A DNA stretch of 64,000 bases from Puniceicoccales bacterium (GCA_031268175.1 JAIRXR010000011.1:115659-179658); one strand, 5' to 3'; numbered from the stretch's first letter, positions 29,511 through 39,104 are shown. The notes: generated from the sequence alone by a model not told the origin. Program-made: numbers and translations.

Positions 29511-29948
29511 GTGAAACGTAGAACACATCGCCGCGGATTTACCATCTTGGAAATGATTCTCGTCCTGTGTGTGATGGCCGCGGCGGCGGCGTGTTTCGCA
29601 TCCTATAACCCGACGAAAAGGGGGCTGAGGGAGCTGGAGCAGTTCAGGCACAATTTTTCCGAGGCCGTCTTCGCGTGCAGACACATGGCTATGAAATCCG
29701 AGTACATAATCTATTTGCGCTATGACGCACAGCGTTCACGGTTTGTCATATCGGATAACCACAATGAAACGTTCATTCCGTTCGGGACAAGTGGAGTAAC
29801 GAATTGCAAATTTTTAGGGGAAGTGAGTGCGCAGGGTGTTGTTAAATTCTACTCAAAATTCCATCAGCCCTTTCGCCTACAATTTTCATTCTACGGGCAA
29901 CCGAAAACATTTGTCGTCAACGAGTATTCAGTGGTAAAGAAGCTATGA
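29511..29948 (+). CDS. minor pseudopilin (prepilin-type N-terminal cleavage/methylation domain; GspH-like by position)
   Basis: GTG start. MKRRTHRRG|FTILEMILVLCVMAAAAA with G-1 and E+5. Confidence 0.55.
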   Translation: MKRRTHRRGFTILEMILVLCVMAAAAACFASYNPTKRGLRELEQFRHNFSEAVFACRHMAMKSEYIIYLRYDAQRSRFVISDNHNETFIPFGTSGVTNCKFLGEVSAQGVVKFYSKFHQPFRLQFSFYGQPKTFVVNEYSVVKKL

Positions 29949-30367
29949 AAGCGAAAAAAAAAGCATTTACGCTGCTCGAAGTTCTCTTCGCAATTATGAT
30001 TTTCGCCGTCGCCATGCCTGTGATAGTAAATTGCTTCCTTTCTGGCATAGCAATGCCGAAAGCCGGCGGCGAAGCTGCACTGATGGCCGACATCGACAAC
30101 TGCATAACGAACGTTAGCAACATAAAGGATTCTGATGCAGCACATCTGCCAGCTGGAATAAGTACCGTCGGGACGCGGGCAAACCCACAGCCAACACATG
30201 GCTACATTTCAACCGTGCATTCCATGTTTGACAAAAACAATACGTTTAAAGTTTCGAAGACCAGCTGGCATATCACCGCGGCATTGGACTATTCAATAGT
30301 TACCATTTCCGATTACCCCGGGCTTAGAAAAAAAATCTACATCGTATCCTACGAAGTGGTAAACTAG
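29945..30367 (+). CDS. minor pseudopilin (prepilin-type N-terminal domain; GspI/J-like by position)
   Basis: MKAKKKA|FTLLEVLFAIMIFAVAMPVIV (E+5). ATGA overlap with the upstream gene. Confidence 0.55.
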   Translation: MKAKKKAFTLLEVLFAIMIFAVAMPVIVNCFLSGIAMPKAGGEAALMADIDNCITNVSNIKDSDAAHLPAGISTVGTRANPQPTHGYISTVHSMFDKNNTFKVSKTSWHITAALDYSIVTISDYPGLRKKIYIVSYEVVN

Positions 30368-31944
30368 AGCGGCCCTACCCTCACCTGGGTTGGCGAACCA
30401 TCTGCACAATTCACATCACCCTCGGCATTTCTCCGCGTCTGCATGATTTCCGTGGCCAGCAACGTCCCATCCTCAAACTCCGCCACGTATCCCTCGCGAA
30501 TGAGCCAAAGCAAATTTTTCAAAAATTCCTGCGCCTCGGCGCTTTCAGCCCCGCTCTCCTGAGCTGTCCCAGAACTTTCCACTGGCACTTCGGCAGAAGG
30601 TGTCGCACCCTCTACAGCCCCGATTTTGCCGGCAGCGGAACCATCCCGCGGCAGGCACTGCAGGCGCAATGAGGCGATGGAAATCTTCCGATTGGCATCT
30701 ATGCAGGAAATTATCCTCTGCACGCCGTCGGCGAAAACATCCCCGACATTCCTAAATTTGCGCCTGATGGCGGAAATGTAACTAATCCCCGATTTGCCTC
30801 CAATTTTGTAGATCGTGAACCCGGCACGGCGTAACCGTCCGCGGAGATTGTTCGAAAATTTTAGGGGGAATGTCTTCTCTCTCTCGATGGACACGAATAT
30901 GGACTTGCTCAGCAAATTTCTCGGCATCTTGGAAAACGTCGCTCCGGAAATGCGCACGGAATTGTACGGTGTGATGGCCCGCTCCTTCAAGTTTTCGCAG
31001 AAAAACCTCCGGACCTCGCTCTCCGATTTCAGTTCCACGGCCTTTCCGGAGTCCGACTGTTCCTTCGGCGTAAAAACACGCATTTTCGCCGAGGCGATCC
31101 TCCAATTTTCTATTTCCTGTGGGTCGGTGGTTTTTTCCACGCCGTCCATGAACTTCCTAAGCGGGACATTTGGCAAAAACTTTTCGTGGTGGTTGGCCAA
31201 AATTTCCTGGTACCTGTGGTAATTCGGCGGGCACAGGATCTTTCCGGTCAGGCCGCACTTGCACAGGCAGGTGAAACTGCCGGTTGGCGGCGTCATTTCC
31301 CTCTCCTCCACTGTGAAATATTTTTCAATGTGCTGCTCCAAAACATGGGCAATAGCCTCATTTTCCGTTTCAAAGACAAAACCATCGTCATTCACAAGGT
31401 ATAAATTTCTATCGGCCGGCGTGCCATTTTTTTTGACTACGACGGCAAAGCGCTCCGGCTTTTCCAAAAACAGCCGGGCGGTGGCAAACAGTTCGTAGGT
31501 ATTGCACTTGGCTTTTAGTGCGGAAATCACCGCACCAAACACTTCGTCATTCGGGTAAAATTCGACGTCAACCATCGGCTCGAAGCGCTGAAAATTAGCA
31601 GCCTGCCCACGAAAATCGCGGCGTCCACGGAAGTCGCTGCCATCGCGCTTCGCACTGCGATCGTCGAAATTTTGCCGCCCCCTTTCGCCAATTCGGTTGA
31701 CATTCGCCCCTTTTGTGCCGCCACGGCCATCGAAATTCCTCGAAAATCCACCGCGCGCGGCGTTGCTCCTCGGCTCTTCGAATCGGCGATCCCTTCTCCC
31801 AGTTCGCTCTCCACCGGAAAATTGGCGGCTACGACTCGCGCCGTGAAAACTCGCGCCGTGAAAATCAGCGTGAAAGGAAAAATTTTTCAACTCACTCAGA
31901 TCGACGGTCACACCGCCACTAGTTTCTTCCGCGCTGTTAGACAT
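30364..31944 (-). CDS. hypothetical protein with an RG/RGG-rich N-terminal region and a Cys cluster
   Basis: 526-aa ORF with genome-typical codon usage. The N-terminal ~120 aa are rich in R, G, F and D (…GGERTGRRDRRFEE…RGGFSRNFDGRGG…FRGRRDFRG…). Central CLCKCGLTGKILCPPNYH. No family recognised. Confidence 0.6.
   Translation of the reverse strand: MSNSAEETSGGVTVDLSELKNFSFHADFHGASFHGASRSRQFSGGERTGRRDRRFEEPRSNAARGGFSRNFDGRGGTKGANVNRIGERGRQNFDDRSAKRDGSDFRGRRDFRGQAANFQRFEPMVDVEFYPNDEVFGAVISALKAKCNTYELFATARLFLEKPERFAVVVKKNGTPADRNLYLVNDDGFVFETENEAIAHVLEQHIEKYFTVEEREMTPPTGSFTCLCKCGLTGKILCPPNYHRYQEILANHHEKFLPNVPLRKFMDGVEKTTDPQEIENWRIASAKMRVFTPKEQSDSGKAVELKSESEVRRFFCENLKERAITPYNSVRISGATFSKMPRNLLSKSIFVSIEREKTFPLKFSNNLRGRLRRAGFTIYKIGGKSGISYISAIRRKFRNVGDVFADGVQRIISCIDANRKISIASLRLQCLPRDGSAAGKIGAVEGATPSAEVPVESSGTAQESGAESAEAQEFLKNLLWLIREGYVAEFEDGTLLATEIMQTRRNAEGDVNCADGSPTQVRVGPL
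31835..31864. repeat. perfect 15-bp x2 tandem repeat (ctcgcgccgtgaaaa) inside the RG-rich gene
   Basis: Read directly. Encodes FHGAS-FHGAS on the minus strand, in frame. Confidence 0.9.
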
Positions 31945-31968
31945 AATTTTTTCTAGGTTGAAGTGGCA

Positions 31969-32343
31969 TCAGTCGTTGCGGCGTTTCTGCCTTTCAATTT
32001 CCAATCTTTCCCTCTCCAGGTCCAACCTTTGCCGCTCCAAATCTCTCCTCTGCCGCTCAAGTTCCGCCTCCGCACTCCTCGAATTGCCAGTCGGCCGGTA
32101 GTCATCGTAGTCATCCCGCTCTTTTTTTTCGGCGATGCTGTTGCCGACGGCGCCGCCGGCCAATCCGCCAATCACACCTCCAGCAATTGCTCCGCCCCTG
32201 CCACCTAGAGCGTAGCCCAATCCGGCACCGGCCCCAGTCCCAACGGCCGCACCACCCAAAGTTCCAGCTGTTTCCGAACAGCCCGAGACAAGAGTAAGCA
32301 GCGAAAGCATGAGAAGCATGAGAAAACAGCGCAACGGATTCAT
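31969..32343 (-). CDS. glycine-zipper lipoprotein with a charged ER-repeat C-terminus
   Basis: Lipobox LLTLVSGC. Gly-zipper stretch GAAVGTGAGAGLGYALGGRGGAIAGGVIGGLAGGAVG. C-terminal AELERQRRDLERQRLDLERERLEIERQKRR. Confidence 0.6.
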   Translation of the reverse strand: MNPLRCFLMLLMLSLLTLVSGCSETAGTLGGAAVGTGAGAGLGYALGGRGGAIAGGVIGGLAGGAVGNSIAEKKERDDYDDYRPTGNSRSAEAELERQRRDLERQRLDLERERLEIERQKRRND

Positions 32344-32409
32344 ACTCTCCTCTTTCCTCTTCATAATTTGATTATTAAAATTCAATTTTCTTCGCAAAGG
32401 CAAGTAAAT

Positions 32410-33300
32410 TTATCCGCGAAAATACGCTAGCGCCACCCATTCACCGTCTTCAATAAAATTTTCCATCGCGGATTCCCATTTTTTTTTCACCAATTTACCG
32501 AAGATAGACACCACTTCGGCCTTCTCTTTTTTCAAAATTCCGCTCAGGCACAGCAAACCACCGGACCGTACAGAACTCACCAGCAAATCCGCATTTTGAA
32601 CCAGCACATCGGTCAAAATATTAGCCACCAATAGGTCAGTTTGTCGCCCCAGAATAGATATTCTCAGATCCCCAGCGGCAAAATCCATCTGATCAGGGAA
32701 AAGGCCGTTTTGCTCAGCGTTTTCGCGGCTGATTCTCAGCGCACTTTCATCGATGTCGATGAATGTGACGTGCGCCAGACCGAGCTTGATTGCGGAAATT
32801 CCCAGTATGCCGGAGCCGCACCCGACGTCGATGCAATCCTTTATGCCCAAATCTCCAGTTTTTTCGTACAAATTTTTGAACATAACCATTGCCTTCGCGC
32901 ACAGACGCGTCGTTTCATGGGACCCCGAGCCAAAGGCCATGCCGGGATCTATGCATACGGCCACATCCCCATCGGGTATATCAACTTCACCTTCCATGAA
33001 CGCCGGGATCCAGTGGAGATTTTCGCAGCGCCACGGCTTGGCAAATCTTTTGTAGGCATTTTCCCAATCAGTGGCGTCAATCGATGCCACGCTTGGCTCT
33101 TCGCCGCCGCCGCATTCCTCTTTTATGCGCACAAAATCTGATTTGCCAGAGGCTTCGTCCTCCACGTAGCCGCACAAGTAACATTCGCCGCTTGCCGCGT
33201 CCGCTTCGATGGTCCAACGAATTAGGCACTTTTCGCTCAAAAATTCGCCGATGGCGTTCGCACGCTCCCGCGACGAAATTTTTGACGAAAACTTCAGCAT
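32410..33300 (-). CDS. prmA: ribosomal protein L11 methyltransferase
   Basis: PrmA motifs IDPGMAFGSGSHETT and SAM-binding DVGCGSGILGISA. Start at MLKFSS (the ORF extends to 33339). Confidence 0.85.
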   Translation of the reverse strand: MLKFSSKISSRERANAIGEFLSEKCLIRWTIEADAASGECYLCGYVEDEASGKSDFVRIKEECGGGEEPSVASIDATDWENAYKRFAKPWRCENLHWIPAFMEGEVDIPDGDVAVCIDPGMAFGSGSHETTRLCAKAMVMFKNLYEKTGDLGIKDCIDVGCGSGILGISAIKLGLAHVTFIDIDESALRISRENAEQNGLFPDQMDFAAGDLRISILGRQTDLLVANILTDVLVQNADLLVSSVRSGGLLCLSGILKKEKAEVVSIFGKLVKKKWESAMENFIEDGEWVALAYFRG

Positions 33301-33529
33301 ATCCAATCGCAAGGAAACGTTATGCGCGCCACATGGCAATAATAAAAATCGCCGAAAACTTTCCGGAGGCTATCCGTGCAAAAGCGACAATTTGCCATGC
33401 GGTGGAAAGCTCGGAATGTCTTTCGCTGACATTTTTCGAAAATCACACCGCTAGCTTCGCGCGCGCCTTCGCCAGTTCGGGTGCACAGAAACACTTTGTT
33501 CGGGCACACCCGCAAAACGCAGCACACAC

Positions 33530-34630
33530 TCAGTGCACCGGAATTGTCAGCATTGGCGCAACATCCGCCGCCGATGCTTCGCCGGCTTGCAAATTGAACA
33601 GCGTCGAGATGAACATGAACGTTGACTTGGAGTGCAAATCGCTGTCATCTATGTAGAACCAGTGTCCGCGGTGGCATGTGGAAACAAACGCGTTATCCGG
33701 CTTCGACTTTGAACAGTGCACACGCAGCAGCGTACCGCTGGCATTTTCTGACCAGTTGAAGGTCGATCCGTCGTCGCCAACGGTCGTCTGCACGACACCG
33801 CGCTCTATGTCTTCCTGTGGCACTTCAACGGCGTGCGACAGGTAAAACAGAACGCCCATCAGCGATCTGGTGCGAACGACGAGACCATCCGTGGATGACT
33901 TCAAAAAATTTCCCTCGAAGCGAAATTCATTTTTATTCAAATTCAGGCCGAGAATTTTCTTAAATTCGATGACGTCCCTGGCATCGGCGGCATCCGCTCT
34001 GATGCGCATGAGGAGCTGATGATCGTTCTCTGGGTCTATGCCGACGGTGACGCAATTGGCATCCTCCAGCTTCTTCAGTAACTCGGTCATAGCATAGAAC
34101 TTTTCATAGTTCGGCTTCTGCCATGGCGTCGGACCCGAGGCACTTGGAGCATTTTCAACGTCGTTTATTTTTTCAATGCACGCATTGAACACGCGCTGCA
34201 ACTTCCACCCGGATGACGACATGCCAAGCGCTACACCCAGCGGGATCGGCGTCATCATGTGCTTTATGAATTCCTTGCCCTTCACAGGACGGTAGGAGAT
34301 CGTCGGCGATTGTGCCACTCCGAGCATGGCCTTAGGCCCATACCAGGAAGAGCGCACATTACGCATGTCATTCGTCAAAAGCTCCGATCTGTCTAGGCCA
34401 ACGTCGAATCCGAGGCGCCAATTTTCCGTAACATTGCTGATCTCCAAGAAGGTCGGATTCTCCCGGTACTTCAATCGCACAATATTCGCAAGCAACTGAC
34501 GATCGATCGTACTCATCAGCACATCGTTGTAGCTCGGATGCGACTTCTCTATTACCTTCGGCCCAACGGATTGGCATCCGGAACACGCAACCGCCGCCAC
34601 CAAACATGACATTTTAAGTAAATTTTGCAT
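33530..34630 (-). CDS. hypothetical lipoprotein
   Basis: MQNLLKMSCLVAAVACSGC lipobox. 366 aa. C-terminal ...HRGHWFYIDDSDLHSKSTFMFISTLFNLQ. Family not recognised. Confidence 0.6.
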   Translation of the reverse strand: MQNLLKMSCLVAAVACSGCQSVGPKVIEKSHPSYNDVLMSTIDRQLLANIVRLKYRENPTFLEISNVTENWRLGFDVGLDRSELLTNDMRNVRSSWYGPKAMLGVAQSPTISYRPVKGKEFIKHMMTPIPLGVALGMSSSGWKLQRVFNACIEKINDVENAPSASGPTPWQKPNYEKFYAMTELLKKLEDANCVTVGIDPENDHQLLMRIRADAADARDVIEFKKILGLNLNKNEFRFEGNFLKSSTDGLVVRTRSLMGVLFYLSHAVEVPQEDIERGVVQTTVGDDGSTFNWSENASGTLLRVHCSKSKPDNAFVSTCHRGHWFYIDDSDLHSKSTFMFISTLFNLQAGEASAADVAPMLTIPVH

Positions 34631-34772
34631 CTCCACGCGCAAGATGCACGCTCCAATTAAAAGTCAACAAAAATCAACTCCGGCGAAGATTTTTGATTTC
34701 CGCCACTTTGGGCTTTTCTAGCGCGGCCCATTCCCTAGACTAATCCAGTTCGTTGTGGCGTGCGAGGCTTCT

Positions 34773-35177
34773 ATGCATGAAATTAAAAAATTATCATCGG
34801 GCAATGTGGTGGCAATGACGCTCTCCGGAAAATTGACGCACGGCGACTACGGTGAAATAGTTCCCTTTCTCTCCAAACTTATCAAAAAATACAAAAAAAT
34901 TCGCATCCTGATCGAGTTGGACAACTTTGAGGGGTGGGCCGGCGTGGCGACCCTCGACGACATAGCGTTCGTGTTCAGGTACTCCGTCCACATAGAGCGC
35001 ATGGCGTTTCTCGTGCACGTGCAGCAGGACAAACTGGCAATTTTAGTCGATCGACCGTTCGGCCGGGCACTCGGAAGCAACGTTAAGTATTTTCACGAAA
35101 AATACCGCAGCGACGCTTGGAAGTGGGTATGCAGCGGGGCAAAGGACGTCGATGCCGGTGATTTTCCAGCCGATTGA
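34773..35177 (+). CDS. STAS/SpoIIAA-like domain protein (DUF3478-like)
   Basis: ~134 aa. Pattern ...VVAMTLSGKLTHGDYGEIVPFLSKLIKKYKKIRILIELDNFEGW...IERMAFLV... resembles SpoIIAA-like STAS/SEC14-type proteins. Confidence 0.55.
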   Translation: MHEIKKLSSGNVVAMTLSGKLTHGDYGEIVPFLSKLIKKYKKIRILIELDNFEGWAGVATLDDIAFVFRYSVHIERMAFLVHVQQDKLAILVDRPFGRALGSNVKYFHEKYRSDAWKWVCSGAKDVDAGDFPAD

Positions 35178-35231
35178 CAAAGTTGCAAATTTTCTTGCAA
35201 ACCGCCGCAAAACGACTACAATGCTTCCGCT

Positions 35232-36152
35232 ATGGAAAACAATCACAGTAGAATTAGCGAGGGACCGGGCGGCGGCGTGAATAAAAGCCAAAGCAAAGTT
35301 GGTTCGTTTTTCAGCTACATCATAGGGTGTATAACGAAGCCGTTCAAGTTCATATACGAACGACTCTCGGGGAAAAAACTGAAAGAACGCGGGGCGAAAC
35401 AGACGAAGCTGGAACAACATGAGCAGCTAGACAACAAAGCAACTATCCAAGGGAAATTGAACGCAGGAAGTGAATCCGCGAGTAGTGTAGAGCAAGAAGT
35501 TGCCAGCCAACAAACCCCAATTGAACAAAATTCTAGCTCAACCGACTCGGTATCGACAGATATCTCACGAGAAAATGAAACGCCTGGTGCTATAACCGAC
35601 ACGCATCTCCCACTCCAAGGTGTACAGGAACAAATTGCATCGGCAGACGTACATGCGCCACTCAAAAATGTACAAACGCTGATTTCAGGCGAACCGGTAT
35701 CGACAGATATCTTACGAGGAACTGAACCGCTCGATACGATGATCGAAATGATACAAAATCAAATCGATAATACAAAAAATATGCGTTATACGTGTGGCGA
35801 TGGCGTCAACGCCGCATCCAATATGCGCAATTCACTGTTGGCAAAGGCAGAAAAAAACCTTCGTACATTGCATGATACGCTAAAGGAACTGAATAAAGGA
35901 ACCAGCATCGAAATTTCCAAGGAAAAAATTTTGGAAAACACTGCCAGTATTAAAAAACTTGAAAAAACCGTGGGAAAAATGAAAATCGCGAAAGGTACGC
36001 AAGAAACTCTTTTAGGTTTGATCCATGACGCAGAAAAAATACTGCTAGAATTACTGAACAAGACAAAAGAAAAGCAGGCAGAGAAAAAGCGACAAGAAAT
36101 GTTCGACCGCATGCGAAGCCTGAAGACCCAGACAGGTAATAGTTGGAAGTAA
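35232..36152 (+). CDS. hypothetical protein with an internal ~49-aa repeat and a coiled-coil-like C-terminus
   Basis: 306 aa, no signal peptide. A DNA repeat cggtatcgacagatatct[c/t]acga occurs at 35548-35570 and 35695-35717 (VSTDISRE / VSTDILRG). The C-terminus is K/E-rich and helical-looking. Confidence 0.5.
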   Translation: MENNHSRISEGPGGGVNKSQSKVGSFFSYIIGCITKPFKFIYERLSGKKLKERGAKQTKLEQHEQLDNKATIQGKLNAGSESASSVEQEVASQQTPIEQNSSSTDSVSTDISRENETPGAITDTHLPLQGVQEQIASADVHAPLKNVQTLISGEPVSTDILRGTEPLDTMIEMIQNQIDNTKNMRYTCGDGVNAASNMRNSLLAKAEKNLRTLHDTLKELNKGTSIEISKEKILENTASIKKLEKTVGKMKIAKGTQETLLGLIHDAEKILLELLNKTKEKQAEKKRQEMFDRMRSLKTQTGNSWK

Positions 36153-36243
36153 AAAAATCGATTAATTAATCATTCTCCACAGCATCCTTGCATTTGTGGT
36201 AATTTTGGCTAGACTCCGCGGGGAGTGTTGCTAGAAGGGTGCA

Positions 36244-36855
36244 ATGGGAAGTTATTTACCGCTACCGTACATATACGAAAAGGATGGCCGCAACGAACGG
36301 TCGTGGGACATTTACAGCAGGTTGCTGAAGGATAGAATCGTCTTCATAGGCACGCAGATCGATGATTTCGTTGCAAATGCCGTGGTCGCGCAGCTGCTGT
36401 TCCTGCAGATGGAGGACCCGAAAAAGGACATCCACGTCTACGTGAATTCCCCGGGCGGCAGTGTAACGTCCGGCATGGCAATCTACGATACCATGCAGTT
36501 CATGCGCTGCGACGTCGTCACCTACTGCATTGGGCAAGCGGCAAGCATGGGCACAATTTTACTCGCCGCCGGCACGAGGGGCAAGCGCTACGCTCTGCCG
36601 AATAGCAGAATCATGATACACCAGCCCACCGGAGGGGCCAGTGGACAGGCCTCGGACATATCCATTGCCGCAAAAGAGATTTTGCGCTGGCGCAAGGTGA
36701 TAAACGAAATTCTCGCCAAGCATAGCTCGCGCAGCATCGAGCAAATCGAAAGGGATTCCGACCGCGACTTCTTTATGACGGCCGCCGAGGCAAAGGAGTA
36801 CGGAATAGTGGATGCCGTGATAGAAAATAAGGCCGACATCCCGGAATCAAAGTAA
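36244..36855 (+). CDS. clpP: ATP-dependent Clp protease proteolytic subunit
   Basis: ClpP catalytic context GQAASMG (Ser), MIHQP (His), and an Asp further downstream. Confidence 0.95.
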   Translation: MGSYLPLPYIYEKDGRNERSWDIYSRLLKDRIVFIGTQIDDFVANAVVAQLLFLQMEDPKKDIHVYVNSPGGSVTSGMAIYDTMQFMRCDVVTYCIGQAASMGTILLAAGTRGKRYALPNSRIMIHQPTGGASGQASDISIAAKEILRWRKVINEILAKHSSRSIEQIERDSDRDFFMTAAEAKEYGIVDAVIENKADIPESK

Positions 36856-36860
36856 TTTCT

Positions 36861-37598
36861 ATGCCTAACTATACCAAAGAAACCATCGGCGTCATCGGCG
36901 GATGCGGAGTGGCTGCCGCCAACGAGCTGATGTGCCGCATCGAAAGAAAATTAACGGGATTGGGATGCACCGATGACAGCCAGCAGCCGGAGATAATACT
37001 GTTTCAGGCAACACTCGCACCGAACAGAATCGCCTTCGCAGCCGGCAAAAGCACCGTCTCCTTCGTCCCACGCTTCATCGAAGTCGGAAAAAAATTGAAG
37101 GCGTGCGGTGCGACGATCTGCTGCATTCCGTGCAACACCGCCCACTGCTCCATTGGCGAAATTGAGCGAGGTGTTGGGCTGCCATTCGTAAACATCATAG
37201 GCGAAACCATGGCGTTCATCGTAGCGGAGTATCCAGCAGCAAGGAAGATCGGCATACTGGGCAGCTCCGGGACGAAATTTTCAAAAATTTACCAAACGCA
37301 CGCCGCAGAGATGAAACTTACCCACGAATTTCTGTTTCCAAGTGAGGAATTGCAGCGAACAGTCGATGGAGGAATAGCCGCGGTGAAAAGTGGACTACCC
37401 TACGCTTCACCTGCGAAGGCACGGGCATTTTTCACGGGAGCTGCCGACGATCTCACCGCGCAGGGTGCAGACGTCATCGTGCTTGGGTGCACGGAAATTC
37501 CACTGGCCATGAGGGACAAAACCCACACGGGGAAGCCGATAATCGACACTCTATCCGTCCTCGCTGGAGCATGCATAGCCAGGTGCAAGCGCGCCTAG
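36861..37598 (+). CDS. aspartate/glutamate racemase family protein (aspartate racemase-like)
   Basis: GVIGGCG, CIPCNTAH and LGCTEIPL motifs with two catalytic Cys contexts. Confidence 0.75.
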   Translation: MPNYTKETIGVIGGCGVAAANELMCRIERKLTGLGCTDDSQQPEIILFQATLAPNRIAFAAGKSTVSFVPRFIEVGKKLKACGATICCIPCNTAHCSIGEIERGVGLPFVNIIGETMAFIVAEYPAARKIGILGSSGTKFSKIYQTHAAEMKLTHEFLFPSEELQRTVDGGIAAVKSGLPYASPAKARAFFTGAADDLTAQGADVIVLGCTEIPLAMRDKTHTGKPIIDTLSVLAGACIARCKRA

Positions 37599-37616
37599 TA
37601 GCCCACTGGCCGGCGG

Positions 37617-37937
37617 TCACAGTGCATTTATGGATGCGATGATGTCCGCCTTTGCCACCATCCCGACGGAGCGACTAACTTCGACGCCGTTGCGGAAATA
37701 TATGATCGTCGGAATTGATTGTATGCCGAATTTTTCGGCAAGCTCCGGACATTCGTCGATGTTGACCTTTGCGACCACTGCGAAACCTCTAACTTCATCG
37801 GAAACTTGTTCGATAAGCTGGGCCATAGCCCGGCATGGCCCGCACCACGGCGCCCAAAAATCGACAACGGCAGCATCGCCACTATTCACGGTTTCAAAGA
37901 AATTTGTCGCATCAAGCTCTTTCATGGTTACTGTCAC
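37617..37937 (-). CDS. trxA: thioredoxin
   Basis: 106 aa with active site WAPWCGPC. Confidence 0.9.
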   Translation of the reverse strand: MTVTMKELDATNFFETVNSGDAAVVDFWAPWCGPCRAMAQLIEQVSDEVRGFAVVAKVNIDECPELAEKFGIQSIPTIIYFRNGVEVSRSVGMVAKADIIASINAL

Positions 37938-38085
37938 AGAGCGATAGGATTATTCATGACTGGCGCAACTATTTTGTGCGGCGCCTCCAAATGGCCTTCG
38001 ATACCGTGCGCGTCGCTTGGCCAACTTTCCCAAGCTTCGCGAAAATTTTGGCGATAGTTTTCGGCGGAGATTGTGCGCGAATTCG

Positions 38086-38799
38086 CTAGCTATCGAGTTC
38101 GGCAGAAAGAATTTCCAACTTTGTACGACGGTGATTAATTATATCGGAAATTTCTATTATTTTTGGAATCCAGACACCGTCAAAATTTTTGAACGAGCCG
38201 ATGGAGATTCGCCTGCCTACCTGCCGCCTGTCCACCATTAAATCCACCCGCAAAATGATCATTAATTTTTCATCGATGAAAATCTTCATACTGGAAAATT
38301 TCACGCCTCCGATGCGAAGGTCTATCTGCCTGGAGAATTGCTGCATCGATCGACTGGCTACCTTCATCGGTCCGACATAGGAATATTGCTCATCGTCGGC
38401 AAAGATGAACAACAGGTCGCGGGGCGACAGGATCAAATTTTCGAAAAATGGTTCATCGACTTCGAAGGCACTTGGCTCAATATTTTCCAGCTCTCCATCG
38501 CTCATGATGCAGCGTGCACCACCAAAATTTATGGAGAAAGTTTTTTGACCTTTGGTTGGGGCGAAAATCAGTTCGCCAAATTTTTTGCTACTTGCATTCA
38601 GCGGATCATACAACTTAACCTTGCACCTCCACTGCGAACTGATCTGGGCGGAATTCTTGCGCACATTTTCCAAAAATTCCTGCGCGCGCGCGTCGGACAT
38701 GTAGCTCAGAACATGCAGGTCGCGTCCACACACCGGAGAGCAGATCAGCGCAAAGCACGCAGTGGCTATGGCAAAACGTGCTGACCTCGGCGCTTTCAT
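38086..38799 (-). CDS. hypothetical exported protein (LolA-like lipoprotein-sorting fold suspected)
   Basis: Signal peptide MKAPRSARFAIATACFALICSPVCG. Size and loose pattern are similar to LolA-like outer-membrane lipoprotein-sorting proteins, but this is unverified. Confidence 0.35.
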   Translation of the reverse strand: MKAPRSARFAIATACFALICSPVCGRDLHVLSYMSDARAQEFLENVRKNSAQISSQWRCKVKLYDPLNASSKKFGELIFAPTKGQKTFSINFGGARCIMSDGELENIEPSAFEVDEPFFENLILSPRDLLFIFADDEQYSYVGPMKVASRSMQQFSRQIDLRIGGVKFSSMKIFIDEKLMIILRVDLMVDRRQVGRRISIGSFKNFDGVWIPKIIEISDIINHRRTKLEILSAELDS

Positions 38800-39104
38800 T
38801 TATCAGGAGCTTTCGCGTCTGGAACAATGTTCTCAAGGTTTATGCCCTCGGCATAGCTCTGCCTGTGCGCATTTGCACGGATGTGCAGCATGGACAGCAC
38901 GAATGCTACGATAAAAAACGTGGCGATGCCGCTCACGGTCCACTTCGTCAACACCTTCGCCGTATCGCTGCCAAAGGCGAATTCAGCAGCCCCGCCTCCC
39001 AGGGAAAAACCCATTCCGGCATTGGCCGACGGCTTTTGCATAAGGATGACCAAGACGGTGAAAACACTCGTGCAAACCAGGAAAAAGGTCAAAAATATCA
39101 CCAT
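38796..39104 (-). CDS. secG: preprotein translocase subunit SecG
   Basis: TM1 followed by VILMQKPSANAGMGFSLGGGAAEFAFG and a second TM. Start taken at MVIFLTFF (the ORF extends to 39170). Confidence 0.75.
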   Translation of the reverse strand: MVIFLTFFLVCTSVFTVLVILMQKPSANAGMGFSLGGGAAEFAFGSDTAKVLTKWTVSGIATFFIVAFVLSMLHIRANAHRQSYAEGINLENIVPDAKAPDK

